DNA of 64,000 nt from Candidatus Methanomethylicia archaeon (GCA_038727515.1 JAVYVS010000001.1:224001-288000), one strand, 5' to 3'. Counted from the stretch's first letter, positions 51,841-61,991 are shown. The notes: generated by a model from the sequence alone, not told the origin. A program made the numbers and translations.

Positions 51841-53184
51841 TTATTTTTCTCCAGCTACATTTATTTCTGGTATTAGTATTGTTGGTGCAATTGTATTTTG
51901 AACTTGTTTAATATTGCTGGAAGCTTCAATTAAGTTTAGGAGTTCTCTTATATTTCCGGTTATTGTAGCATGTTTTATTGGTTTTGTTATTGCTCCATCC
52001 TCTATTTTGAATGCTAATGATGCTGTTACTGTAAATCTACCGGAGGCTGGGTCTGCTCCATGTGCTCCTATAACTTCCTCTATTAGTATTCCCCTTTCTA
52101 TTTGATTTATTAATTCATCTATGCTTTTTGTTCCATGTTTTATTTGTAGACTTCTTGGTTGAGGTTTTGGTGTAGCTTGATATGGTTTTGTAAGTCTAGG
52201 CCATGTTGATAATGGTGTTCTAAAACCATTGCCAGTGGAAATTGTATTTTCATTTTCAGCATAGTAGTGGTCGTAGAGTAGGGTTTTAAGTGTACCCTTC
52301 TCAATTATACTTTTTAGATTTCTAATTGTTCCTTCATGATCTATTGGGCATGCTCCTGGATTTTCTGGGTTTAATGGATCTTCAATTAAAGTGAAGTTTT
52401 CAGATCCCAATTGGATTCCAGGTTTTAGAATTCTTGGATGGAAGCTTGATGTTAAAGCTGGGTATAATGTGTAGCTTAATATGGATACTAGAGCTCTAGG
52501 CCCTATTAAAGCTTGATATCTACCTGATTCTATGGGTTCTTTTGGAATGCATTTTTCAACGTATTTCAGTGATTCATAGATTTTATTTAGAGTTATATCT
52601 ATGTCTATTGGTTTTCTATCGTAGATGAAATCTGAGTATATAGCCATTTGATTATTCTTTAAAGCCATAACTGAAAAATTATTTGAAGCATGGCTTTCTT
52701 TAACTTCAAAATTTAAACCTAAACTATTTATTAAACTCCATTTAACTATTCTAATACTACTATTAAAAGACATTATTCTACCTAAACCATTATACTTAGA
52801 TGCTTTATCAAAAACATTTTTAACATTTTTAAATAGTTCATCTTCAGATATCCCCTCTAGATCTTCATGGTAAATATCTAATTTATGAGGAGATTGACTA
52901 TGGGTGGGTAGAGATTTCAATTTTCTACCAGCTCTTCTAGCGTTAACGATTGCATTTAAAATGGATTTCTCAATGTAATCTCTAGATGGATTGGATACAT
53001 AACTAAATCCTTCTACGCCATTAACTATAACTCTAATTCCAACACCCATTGAAGATGTAGAGGATATCCTCATTCTACCTTCAATTGAAATTGATGTGGA
53101 AATTATCTTATCTTGATAAATGAATAATTCACATTGATTTGCACCATTAACTTCAGCGAATTTTAAGAGATTTTCTAAATTCAT
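51841..53184 (-). CDS. pmbA: TldE/PmbA family protein
   Basis: GVGIRV, PIDHEGT, STGNG, ASGRFTV; no HExxxH; follows tldD. Confidence 0.88.
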   Translation of the reverse strand: MNLENLLKFAEVNGANQCELFIYQDKIISTSISIEGRMRISSTSSMGVGIRVIVNGVEGFSYVSNPSRDYIEKSILNAIVNARRAGRKLKSLPTHSQSPHKLDIYHEDLEGISEDELFKNVKNVFDKASKYNGLGRIMSFNSSIRIVKWSLINSLGLNFEVKESHASNNFSVMALKNNQMAIYSDFIYDRKPIDIDITLNKIYESLKYVEKCIPKEPIESGRYQALIGPRALVSILSYTLYPALTSSFHPRILKPGIQLGSENFTLIEDPLNPENPGACPIDHEGTIRNLKSIIEKGTLKTLLYDHYYAENENTISTGNGFRTPLSTWPRLTKPYQATPKPQPRSLQIKHGTKSIDELINQIERGILIEEVIGAHGADPASGRFTVTASLAFKIEDGAITKPIKHATITGNIRELLNLIEASSNIKQVQNTIAPTILIPEINVAGEK

Positions 53185-53188
53185 TTTC

Positions 53189-54556
53189 TCAACCTCCAAT
53201 AATAACTTTATCAATTTTAATGGTTGGAACATATGCGGTTACAGACATCCTTTGATCTCCCTTGCCGCATAGAGTTATGTAGTATTGAGCTTTATCACAT
53301 ATGGCTTCAATACCCTTTAAAGCTTCAAGTATATTCATAGAAACACCAATACTTCTTAGAGGTGTAGTTAATTCTCCATTTTTAATTATGAATGCTTCAC
53401 TAGCTTGGAATTGGAAGGGTCCTTTACCAGTGGTTTGACCACCTCTAGCGCCAGCAATGTATATTCCTTCTCTAGTTTCACGTATAAGTTCTTCTTCACT
53501 CCAATCTCCAGATTTAACTATGAGGTTACCCATTCTAACTATGGGTTCATACATAAAGCTTTCAGCTCTAGCATGACCTGTGGGGGCTTCATTAAGTCTA
53601 TATGCTGTTTCTCTTGAATGAATATAACCCTTTAAAACTCCATTTTCAATTAAAATAATTCTTCTTGGTTTTACTCCTTCATCATCAAAGAATATTGAAC
53701 CCCAAGCATTGGGTATTGTGGGATCTTCATAAACAGTTAAATTTTCAACGGCAATCTTCTGATTCTTTAAACCTTCAAAAGCAGAAGTTCTCCTAATAAC
53801 TGAATCAGCTTCAAAGGAATGTCCCATTTCATGGAAGAAATCTCCTGCAGCTCTACTTTCAAGGATGGCTTTAATTGGACCTGTTGGTGGTTTTTGAGCT
53901 TTAGATTGATTTAAAACTCTTTTAGCCATTCTACTTGAAACATCAATTATAGATTCTTCAAGTTTCTCAAGACCGGAGATAGCACCATACCTCTCAGAAT
54001 CATAGAATAAGCCATTTTGAGTTTCACCATAAACTCCAAAGCTAAAGTAGAATCTAACACCACTTTGAATTGCATCACCACCATCACTACTTAAAAATTG
54101 TGTTTTAAAGAATAAATCAAAATAATTTATTTCAATACTCTTAAGATTTTCCTTAGCTATTTCACGAGCATTTTCCACACCTTTAACTAGAATAGATAAT
54201 TTATCTTTTAAATCAATATTTCTAGGATCAATCTTAAAATCAAATTGGAATGAACCTTTAGCAATATCTGCTTCAGCTAATTTAACTATTCCCCTTCCAC
54301 CTTGAACTCTAGATAGTTTAACGGCTCTCCTAATAGTTTCCTCAATTTCATCTTTAGTGGGATTACATGTATATGCAAAACCCCAACATCCATCAATTAA
54401 AACTCTAATGGAGACTCCTTCATCAACACCATGAACGAAATCTATGAGATTTTCATCCCTCAAAATTATGGCATCCCTCTCTAGATATTGATATCTAACT
54501 TCAACATGATCTACATTGAATTTCTCAGCATACTTTATAATGTTAATATCGAGCAT
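53189..54556 (-). CDS. tldD: TldD family metalloprotease
   Basis: GCWGFA, HEMGHSFEAD, DDEG, TGHARA, RMGN, CGK. Confidence 0.92.
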   Translation of the reverse strand: MLDINIIKYAEKFNVDHVEVRYQYLERDAIILRDENLIDFVHGVDEGVSIRVLIDGCWGFAYTCNPTKDEIEETIRRAVKLSRVQGGRGIVKLAEADIAKGSFQFDFKIDPRNIDLKDKLSILVKGVENAREIAKENLKSIEINYFDLFFKTQFLSSDGGDAIQSGVRFYFSFGVYGETQNGLFYDSERYGAISGLEKLEESIIDVSSRMAKRVLNQSKAQKPPTGPIKAILESRAAGDFFHEMGHSFEADSVIRRTSAFEGLKNQKIAVENLTVYEDPTIPNAWGSIFFDDEGVKPRRIILIENGVLKGYIHSRETAYRLNEAPTGHARAESFMYEPIVRMGNLIVKSGDWSEEELIRETREGIYIAGARGGQTTGKGPFQFQASEAFIIKNGELTTPLRSIGVSMNILEALKGIEAICDKAQYYITLCGKGDQRMSVTAYVPTIKIDKVIIGG

Positions 54557-54598
54557 GGAAATCTGTAAATATATTACATTAATATATTTATTTATAGT

Positions 54599-55516
54599 TT
54601 AACTATTTGTTTGATGAATATTCATTTTCCATTTTAATTGATCTATATATGTGCTGTGGGGTTTGAATTTCACTTTTAATTTATTTGGATCTTCACCTAT
54701 ATATGGTATCTTTTGTGGGTTTATTTCCCCATAGCCCCAATTGTTTAAGAAGTAGAGGTATCCAACATCCTTTGGATTGAATCCCATCATATATGTTGTT
54801 AGTGCATCGAGGTTTACTGGGTTTGTGGATGCTAAGAATACTCCCCAATTTATTGGTTCACCGTCTACGGGACCGTTTCCCTGCATTCCCTCTAAACCAT
54901 CTATTATAGCTAGATTTGGCATAACTCTTTCAGCTATTCTTGCTATGTTTAGATTTATGTAGTAGTATCCTTGATGCATTAAAGGTTTTTCTCTTCTTGG
55001 TATTACCCCCATAGCCATGTTTTTTATGGTTAAAGTTACTATTACTGTATCATGTGTTTTTGGTCTACATATTGATATTTTAAAGTATTTATTGCTTAAA
55101 GCGGTTTTTGCAATATTTATTTTGAATTTCTCTCCATAGCTATTGTATACTTCAATTTGCTCCATTTCATCTTCATCGAAGTATAGGAAATCCAATGGAT
55201 ACTTCCTTTTTAAATCTTTATATTGATAGTTTTCTAAAGCTTCATGTAATGTTCCATCTGATGGTGATTCAGCTATTAGAATTTCATTTATGTTGAAGTT
55301 GTTTGTTAGATAGTTTAATAGTGTATCTACACTTTCCAATGGTGTTGCTGATAGTTTAACTCTTACTGATACAAAGTTTGGTTTTACGAGTATTCGACCA
55401 TTCTTTAAGTTTATTGATTGCGATATTTCATTATGGATTAATTTTAGGACGTTGGTTATACCTTCAATCCTCGTTGAAGCTTTAACTATACTAACAATAC
55501 CCTTCAATTTCTCCAC
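54599..55516 (-). CDS. DUF362 domain protein
   Basis: LVKPNFV, PKTHD, TLTIKN, GMQGNGP. Confidence 0.88.
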   Translation of the reverse strand: MEKLKGIVSIVKASTRIEGITNVLKLIHNEISQSINLKNGRILVKPNFVSVRVKLSATPLESVDTLLNYLTNNFNINEILIAESPSDGTLHEALENYQYKDLKRKYPLDFLYFDEDEMEQIEVYNSYGEKFKINIAKTALSNKYFKISICRPKTHDTVIVTLTIKNMAMGVIPRREKPLMHQGYYYINLNIARIAERVMPNLAIIDGLEGMQGNGPVDGEPINWGVFLASTNPVNLDALTTYMMGFNPKDVGYLYFLNNWGYGEINPQKIPYIGEDPNKLKVKFKPHSTYIDQLKWKMNIHQTNS

Positions 55517-55587
55517 ATGTAAATTATATCCAAGTATTATTTAAGGTTAAAATGTTATAACAATTCTTTTAAATTTTCTAATCTTAA

Positions 55588-56913
55588 TTGTCTATGATGT
55601 TTATGGATTTATACCTTGATTTACGTAATAAATTTGTTATGGGTGGTGTCTCCCTCCTTCATCCTATAACCATTGAGCGTGGGGTAAATGCATTACTATA
55701 TGATGTTGAAGGTAAAGTTTATATTGATTTTACTAGTGGTATTGGTGTTACCAGTCTTGGTCATGCTAATCCAGAACTTATTGAAGCTGCTATGGAGCAG
55801 TTGAAGAAGCTTTGGCATATATGTGTAATGATTGCTAATTATAAGCCTTATGTGGAGTTGGCTGAGAAACTTGTGAAAATGGCTCCTGGGAAATCTGAGA
55901 AACAAATTCTCTTTATGAATAGTGGTTCTGAAGCTACCGATAATGCTGTTAAAATTGCTAGGCAGGTTACTGGTAGACCATATATTGTTAGTTTTGAAAA
56001 TTCTTTTCATGGTAGAGGTTCTATGCTTGCTTTAGCTTTAACTGGTAAGTATAAGCCTTATAAAGTTAATCTTGAACCTTTCCCTCCAGGTGTAGAGTTT
56101 GTTCCATACCCATATTGTTATAGGTGTATTTTTGGTGGCGTGTATCCAGATTGTGGATTAGCTTGTCTTGATTATATTAGAAAGTATTTTATTTATTCTA
56201 GGGTTCCACCTGAGAGGGTTGCAGCATTTATAATTGAAGTGGTTCAAGGTGAAGGTGGATTTGTAGTTGCACCCATGGAGTTCATTAGAGAACTTAAATC
56301 CTTCCTTGAAAATAATGGTATAATTTTAATTGATGATGAAGTTCAAGCTGGTTTTGGTAGAACTGGTAGGATGTGGGCTATTGAGCATTCTGGTGTTGAA
56401 CCTGATATCATGTATACTGCTAAAGCTATTGCTAATGGTTTACCTCTCTCCGCTATTATTGGTAGGAGGGAGGTTATGGAGAAGGTTAATCCTGGAACTT
56501 ATGGTGGAACTTATGGTGGTAATCCAGTGGCTTGTGCAGTGGCTTTAAAGGTTTTAGAGATTTTTGAGAGAGATAAAATTGTGGAGAGAGCTGTTAAACT
56601 TGGTGAAATTGTTAGGAAGAGATTTGAGGAGTTTAGGGATAAATTTAAGATTGTTGGTGATGTTAGAGGATTAGGTTTAATGCAAGCTATAGAATTCGTT
56701 AAAGATGGGAGATCAAAAGAACCTGCAATTTCTGAAGTAGCAAAAATTCTTGAAATAGCTAGGTTAAAGGGGCTTCTCCTACTTAGAGCTGGATTATATT
56801 TAAATGTGATTAGAGTTCATCCACCTTTAACTATTGAAGAAGAATATTTGATTAGGGGATTAGATATTTTGGAGGAAGCTATTAGGGAAGTTGAAGTTCA
56901 TGGTGATAGATAA
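55588..56913 (+). CDS. gabT: Class III aminotransferase (4-aminobutyrate/beta-alanine type)
   Basis: NSGSEA, FHGR, QGEGG, DEVQAGFGRTG, TAKAIANG, GGTYGGNP. Confidence 0.88.
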   Translation: MSMMFMDLYLDLRNKFVMGGVSLLHPITIERGVNALLYDVEGKVYIDFTSGIGVTSLGHANPELIEAAMEQLKKLWHICVMIANYKPYVELAEKLVKMAPGKSEKQILFMNSGSEATDNAVKIARQVTGRPYIVSFENSFHGRGSMLALALTGKYKPYKVNLEPFPPGVEFVPYPYCYRCIFGGVYPDCGLACLDYIRKYFIYSRVPPERVAAFIIEVVQGEGGFVVAPMEFIRELKSFLENNGIILIDDEVQAGFGRTGRMWAIEHSGVEPDIMYTAKAIANGLPLSAIIGRREVMEKVNPGTYGGTYGGNPVACAVALKVLEIFERDKIVERAVKLGEIVRKRFEEFRDKFKIVGDVRGLGLMQAIEFVKDGRSKEPAISEVAKILEIARLKGLLLLRAGLYLNVIRVHPPLTIEEEYLIRGLDILEEAIREVEVHGDR

Positions 56914-58394
56914 TGGTGATTTTAACTCCACCTAGAGATTTCTATGGGAGATTGAAATTATTTATTAATGGTGGATGGGTGGAGTCTAAAAGTAGTGATG
57001 GAATTTCAATTTATGATCCTGGGCTTGGTAAGATTATTGGTGAATACCCATATGCTTTGAAATCTGAGGTTGATGAAGCTATTGAATCTGCTTATGAAGC
57101 ATTTAAAATTTGGAGTTGTAAACCAATTCCAGAGAGACTTCAATACCTATATAAAATTAAATTTGTTCTCGAGGAGAATAGGGAGATTCTTGCTAGAGTT
57201 AATACTCAAAATCATGGTAAAACTGTTAGAGAGTCTAGGGGTGATATTCGTAGAACTATTGAGAATGTGGAAGCCGCTATAAGTATGCTTTTAACTCTTG
57301 CTAAAGGTGAAATTCAATATAATATTGCTGAGGGAATTGATGAAGAATTAACCTTTGAACCTTTAGGGGTATTTAACGTTATAACTCCATATAATTTTCC
57401 AATTATGATACCCTTCTGGTTTATACCGTATGCTATAGCTCTTGGAAATACATTGATAGTTAAAGTTAGCCCGGTTACACCAATACCATTAACTTTCACC
57501 ATGGAATTAATATCTCAAATACTTCCACCTGGTGTTTTAAATTTAATTCATTTAAGTAATGATATGGTTGATTACTTAGTTACACATCCATTAGTTGAGG
57601 GAACTGCATTTGTTGGTACATCTACTGTAGCTTTAAAATTATATGAGTTATCTGCAAAGTATGGTAAGAGGTTTCTTGGTGGTGGAAGTGCATCTAATTA
57701 TGCTATAGTTATGTCTGATGCAAATCTTGAGAAAACTATAATGAGTTTAAGGGATGCTAAGTATGGTAATACTGGGCAGCGTTGTTTAGCTATACAAAAT
57801 ATTGTAACTGTTGGAAGTGATGAATTCCATGAGAAATTTAAAAATGCCTTTATTAATGCTGCTAGGGGAATTAAAGTTGGTTATGGACTTGATGAAAGTG
57901 TGGATATGGGGCCTATGGCTAGTTTAAGGTATAAGGAGAATGTATTAAAGTGGATTGAAGTGGGGTTAGAGGAAGGGGCGAAAATAGCTTTAGATGGTAG
58001 AAATTTAAAAGTTGAAGATTATCCATATGGATTCTATCTAGGTCCAACAGTTATGGTGGATGTTACTCCTGATATGAAGATTGCAAAAGAAGAGATTTTT
58101 GGGCCTGTAGCTAATCTTCTTAAAGCTGAAAGTCTTGATCAAGCAATAGAGTGGATTAATGGGAATAAATATCATCATTCAGCAGCCATATTTACTAGTA
58201 GTGGAAGATGGGCTAGAGAATTTAAAACTCGTGTTAAAGTTGGGAATGTGGGTATAAATATTGGTATTGCAGCTCCAATGGGCTGGTTCCCCTTTGGTGG
58301 TAGAAGTTTATCTGGTCTTGGAGATTTTCATCCACAAATAGATACATGGCAATTCTTCACTGATAAAAAGATAACCATAGTTAGATGGTGGTAG
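56913..58394 (+). CDS. mmsA: CoA-acylating (methyl)malonate-semialdehyde dehydrogenase
   Basis: TPYNFP, GQRCLA, EEIFGPV, GINIGIAAP, FFTDKKITIVRW. Confidence 0.85.
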   Translation: MVILTPPRDFYGRLKLFINGGWVESKSSDGISIYDPGLGKIIGEYPYALKSEVDEAIESAYEAFKIWSCKPIPERLQYLYKIKFVLEENREILARVNTQNHGKTVRESRGDIRRTIENVEAAISMLLTLAKGEIQYNIAEGIDEELTFEPLGVFNVITPYNFPIMIPFWFIPYAIALGNTLIVKVSPVTPIPLTFTMELISQILPPGVLNLIHLSNDMVDYLVTHPLVEGTAFVGTSTVALKLYELSAKYGKRFLGGGSASNYAIVMSDANLEKTIMSLRDAKYGNTGQRCLAIQNIVTVGSDEFHEKFKNAFINAARGIKVGYGLDESVDMGPMASLRYKENVLKWIEVGLEEGAKIALDGRNLKVEDYPYGFYLGPTVMVDVTPDMKIAKEEIFGPVANLLKAESLDQAIEWINGNKYHHSAAIFTSSGRWAREFKTRVKVGNVGINIGIAAPMGWFPFGGRSLSGLGDFHPQIDTWQFFTDKKITIVRWW

Positions 58395-58399
58395 ATGGC

Positions 58400-58540
58400 G
58401 CTTCTCATCAAGCAGTGGAAAAGCTATCCCTTGTTAGTTGGATGATTGAAAATCTCTCAGAAAAATGCTGAGAGAACTGTAAAATTGCAGGTGATATTAT
58501 TGAATTCATCAAAATTTTTGCTAAATTAAGAAAATCTTAG
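58400..58540 (+). pseudogene. HEPN gene remnant
   Basis: ASHQAVEK, then in shifted frames NAERTVK/IAGDIIEFIK; middle of the domain missing. Confidence 0.5.
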
Positions 58541-58619
58541 AGTTAAAATTAGAAGATCATTCATCGTTAAATTTGAGAATTCCACTATTAATTTACATAA
58601 GTGTTTCCATCTAGCTTCT

Positions 58620-58726
58620 TTTATTAGTTTGGTTACTACTGGAATTACTAGAATTAGGTATATTATGTGTTCACTTAAACCAATGAATTTAGCACTTTGA
58701 AGAACATATGTACCAAAGGTCCATCC
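58620..58726. repeat. 107-bp direct repeat, copy 1 (orphan 3' end of gene 61184..61510)
   Basis: 98/107 identical to 61197..61303 by manual alignment. Confidence 0.92.
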
Positions 58727-59082
58727 GAAATTTTAACTCATAGACTAGAATGTTGCTACTTATGGGGACTTCTTTTAAGTTCCATAAGCCTTTGATGACA
58801 ATCGCGATTATGATGATTCCCACCCCGAGAAAAGAAAGTGTATCTTCAAGATCCTCATCATCCATTAAGATACCCACTTCGCCATCTCCATCACATTTAG
58901 GGCATGAAGTAAGGAAGATGGTGGCTGGATCTCGTCCTATGCCGCCACATCGTGGACAAGTTCGATGCACCAAGAAAACCGAAGGCTAGTTGAACTGAAG
59001 ATATTGATAGTGCTAGAAAAACTAGGATCATTAACACCAGCTTTTTCCTAAGCACATACTTCCTCATCAACTTTTTCACCAT
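58689..59082 (-). pseudogene. Frameshifted membrane protein with a DnaJ-type zinc finger
   Basis: Signal-peptide ORF joins the CPRCGGIG...CPKCDGDG ORF if one A is removed from 58975-58978. Confidence 0.65.
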
Positions 59083-59362
59083 TTTTTAAATTCCAACATT
59101 AATCCTAAGATCCATAATATATAAAATTTCCCAATACAACCCAAGAAGGTTAAAAAGAGAATGACTTTCTTCTCTGGTTATATGCTCAGTCACCATAAGC
59201 CAAGCACACTTTTTAAGCAAGGAAAAAAGTTATATTGTTTTACTACAACTTTGCATGAGCTCATCATCACATGATTTGGCAATGCTAAAAAGAATTATTG
59301 GATATATTTTTAATTATGTAATGTAGTGGTTTATGTTTGTGGTTTCGACCGCAGGGATCTCG

Positions 59363-60136
59363 TTACATAATAACTCCTTTTTTATAGAGAATAAATGTTG
59401 CTATTAGAACAGCAGCTAACACAAGTAGAACAATACCAAGGAATGGGATTGTCAAACTACTTATTTGTTGCATGGTTATGTATACTTGGGACTCTTTGTC
59501 TTGCTGAACTGTTGCTATAACTGATGTTGTTTGAAAGCCGCTTTTTAAGAGGGTTATTGTGTATTGTCCTGGCGCTAAATCTGTAAATGTTATTTGTCCG
59601 TTGAAGTCTGTGTAACCAGTTCGTGATTCTCGTCCGGAGGCGCTAACATAGACTCCACTAATTGCATTTCCACTAGCATCCTTTACAATGATCCTTAAGG
59701 TTCCGGCAATTCTTTCTTGCCATATTAGTTTTTCAGTCCAAGAGTATAAACGGGCTGCGCTTCCTGCAAAACCCGTAACAACTATGTAGAAGTTGTCTGA
59801 ATATTTAACTTCGAATCGTACGTATCCTTCTTGAGCTGTTTTCGAGATGCGGTAGCTTGTTGGACTTCCAATTTTAATCCAACTTTTCCAGTCGATTTCA
59901 TTTAGTATGTAAACTGAGACAAATCTATCGGCAGCCCATTCAACATGAATAGTTTTGCCCGCTTGTACAAAGTAGGGACCAGAATAACGGTAACTTAGAA
60001 ATCCAATATCGAGGTATTTACCAGTATAAAGTATTTGTTCCCTTTCAACGATTTCAGCTGAATAAACACTAAAAAAGTTAATCAATGATGTAACTATAAA
60101 AACTAAAAATAGGATGATTAAAAATCTTTTTGACAT
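59363..60136 (-). CDS. Surface protein: signal peptide, carboxypeptidase-regulatory-like domain, C-terminal TM anchor
   Basis: GTLRIIVKDASGNAISGVYV...TDFNG...LAPGQYTIT...SGF. Confidence 0.8.
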   Translation of the reverse strand: MSKRFLIILFLVFIVTSLINFFSVYSAEIVEREQILYTGKYLDIGFLSYRYSGPYFVQAGKTIHVEWAADRFVSVYILNEIDWKSWIKIGSPTSYRISKTAQEGYVRFEVKYSDNFYIVVTGFAGSAARLYSWTEKLIWQERIAGTLRIIVKDASGNAISGVYVSASGRESRTGYTDFNGQITFTDLAPGQYTITLLKSGFQTTSVIATVQQDKESQVYITMQQISSLTIPFLGIVLLVLAAVLIATFILYKKGVIM

Positions 60137-60220
60137 TTAATCACACCGGTTCTTAATCATTATTACAATGTAAGTTTAAACATATATAGTTTTTATGCTA
60201 TTAAAAGACAAATTTTACCT

Positions 60221-60382
60221 TTACTCCGCTTTTGCTTTTTTCTTCCTTACCAATATAATAATCTTAACAATTATAGAAAACAGTAAACTAAAAAAGAAAG
60301 TATCAAACAATATAACAATCAGATTCTCTTAGAAATTAGAAGATTGCTGGAGAACCTTTTTAATAGGTCCCTCTACCACCAT
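60221..60382 (-). pseudogene. Small membrane-protein relic with an in-frame TAA
   Basis: GGAGGT SD; MVVEGPIKKVLQQSSNF*ENLIVILFDTFFFSLLFSIIVKIIILVRKKKAKAE. Confidence 0.4.
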
Positions 60383-60715
60383 CTAACCTCCCTTTGTTTT
60401 ACGACTTTAGACATAATTCTAGCGTTGGGTCTTGTGAGCATCTACAGTCTTCTCTTCTTCTCCCCTGTAAAACACAGGGATATAAGCTAGGTGGATTTCC
60501 TTTAACCTTTTTTGGAAGCATCATAAAATTGATGTCTGTCTATTTCTATAGTGGCTATCTTATCTAGTTCCACTATTGGAGTATCTGAGTGAGGTTAGTA
60601 AATATGTTGCCACGTTATTAATGATAAACATAACAGCATTTCATAGAATTTACTCTCATATAATCTCAGTTGTCATTAACATTGGAAAAGTTTCTAAATA
60701 ATATTAAGAACAAGT

Positions 60716-61048
60716 TTACTCAAACTTTTTAACAAATCTTACAATTAAGACAATTAAAGGCACCAAATAAATCAGCAATTCAAATATGTCAACCAATCCA
60801 GAAGTATACATAGCCCATAAGCCCACAAGCCAACCAATACAGTAACCAGTCGCCCAAAACCGCATCGCAAAGACCATTAATATCGTGGAGATTATACCCA
60901 AAATATTAAACAGCAATACAAAAGGAGTAGAAAGTAATCCAGCATTAGCGAAAGAGGATAAAATTATTGATGTTGCAAGACCAGTAATTATCTCTGAAAT
61001 CGCTCTCTTAAGGCCGTGTTCAGATTTAGGCATATCAAATCTTTTCAT
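60716..61048 (-). CDS. Small multi-TM hypothetical protein
   Basis: Shares KRA..E...GL..S.IL and Y..GW..G motifs with 61184..61510. Confidence 0.7.
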   Translation of the reverse strand: MKRFDMPKSEHGLKRAISEIITGLATSIILSSFANAGLLSTPFVLLFNILGIISTILMVFAMRFWATGYCIGWLVGLWAMYTSGLVDIFELLIYLVPLIVLIVRFVKKFE

Positions 61049-61183
61049 CCACGCATCTTAATTTAAAGCTTTCTCATTTAGACCCTTAAAGCTACATATA
61101 TACATGTGGAGGGAAATTCTACAAATTAATAAAATAAAGGAGGAGCCTTAGTATGGACAAAACCATGTTTTTTGGTTTAATTT

Positions 61184-61510
61184 TTATGTTGCCCCCTTTA
61201 TTAGTTTGGTTATTACTGGAATTACTAGGATTAGGTATATTATGTGTTCAGTTAAGTCTATGAATTTAGCGCTTTGAAGAGCATATGTTCCAAAGGTCCA
61301 TCCTAGGGTGTAGCTCATGGATAGGAAGGGTGTTATGAAGGATAGGAAGATTACTGTTAGAGCATTTATTATGTGGATTATCATTATTGTTGTATATGGT
61401 TGTTGATGGTGTATGTATAGGAAGAATATTGCTTGTAGAATTGTGGATAGGATAAGTCCCATCATGGTTTCTATAAATGCTCGTTTAAAAGTGTATTCAC
61501 GTGTTATCAT
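61184..61510 (-). CDS. Small multi-TM hypothetical protein
   Basis: Paralogue of 60716..61048; its 3' end is duplicated at 58620. Confidence 0.7.
   Translation of the reverse strand: MITREYTFKRAFIETMMGLILSTILQAIFFLYIHHQQPYTTIMIIHIINALTVIFLSFITPFLSMSYTLGWTFGTYALQSAKFIDLTEHIIYLILVIPVITKLIKGAT
61197..61303. repeat. 107-bp direct repeat, copy 2
   Basis: See 58620..58726. Confidence 0.92.
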
Positions 61511-61666
61511 CTAAATAAATATTTATTTATGTAGCTTAACTATTTTCCCCCTTTTCCAATTATTCTTATGTATGTTGAAGTTAATTGTGATGGATAAGAT
61601 TTGGGATGTTCATGTGGATTTAATTATTGTTGTTGGGTTAATGTAGGGTGATATTTAGTTATATGT

Positions 61667-61942
61667 TTATCCTCCACCACTCGGTGGGAATATTACTATT
61701 TCATCTCCATCTTTAAGTGTTGTTTGTAGTCCTCCAGTGAATTCTATGTGTCTTCCATTTACCAGTATTATGTATCCCCTAGCCATTTCTCCCTTTTCAT
61801 CAATTAAATATTGTTTTAAATCTTCTGTGTAATCGAGTAATTGTTTGAATGTTGTGTGATCTTCATTGAAATTTACTTCTTTCTTTGACCATCTAAGCTT
61901 CTCCCTTAAGGTTAAGAATACTTCTATTGTTACCTTCCCCAA
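61667..61942 (-). CDS. moaD: MoaD/ThiS/SAMP ubiquitin-like sulfur carrier
   Basis: ILVNGR, LKDGDEIVIFPPSGGG C-terminal di-Gly. Confidence 0.9.
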   Translation of the reverse strand: MGKVTIEVFLTLREKLRWSKKEVNFNEDHTTFKQLLDYTEDLKQYLIDEKGEMARGYIILVNGRHIEFTGGLQTTLKDGDEIVIFPPSGGG

Positions 61943-61991
61943 TTTAATCCTAGATTTAATTTACCTTAAATTTAATATAAGTTTATTTCCT

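Noticed and set aside
59183-59270. C/D box sRNA on the minus strand (TGATGA...CTGA)
   Set aside because: Spacing is long and there are no convincing internal D'/C' boxes; likely chance in AT-rich DNA.
59339-59352. tRNA fragment or att site at GTGGTTTCGACCGC
   Set aside because: Only a 5-bp hairpin with a UUCG loop; no cloverleaf and no second copy.
60329-60331. Recoded stop (Sec/Pyl) in the small ORF relic
   Set aside because: The codon is TAA, not TGA or TAG.
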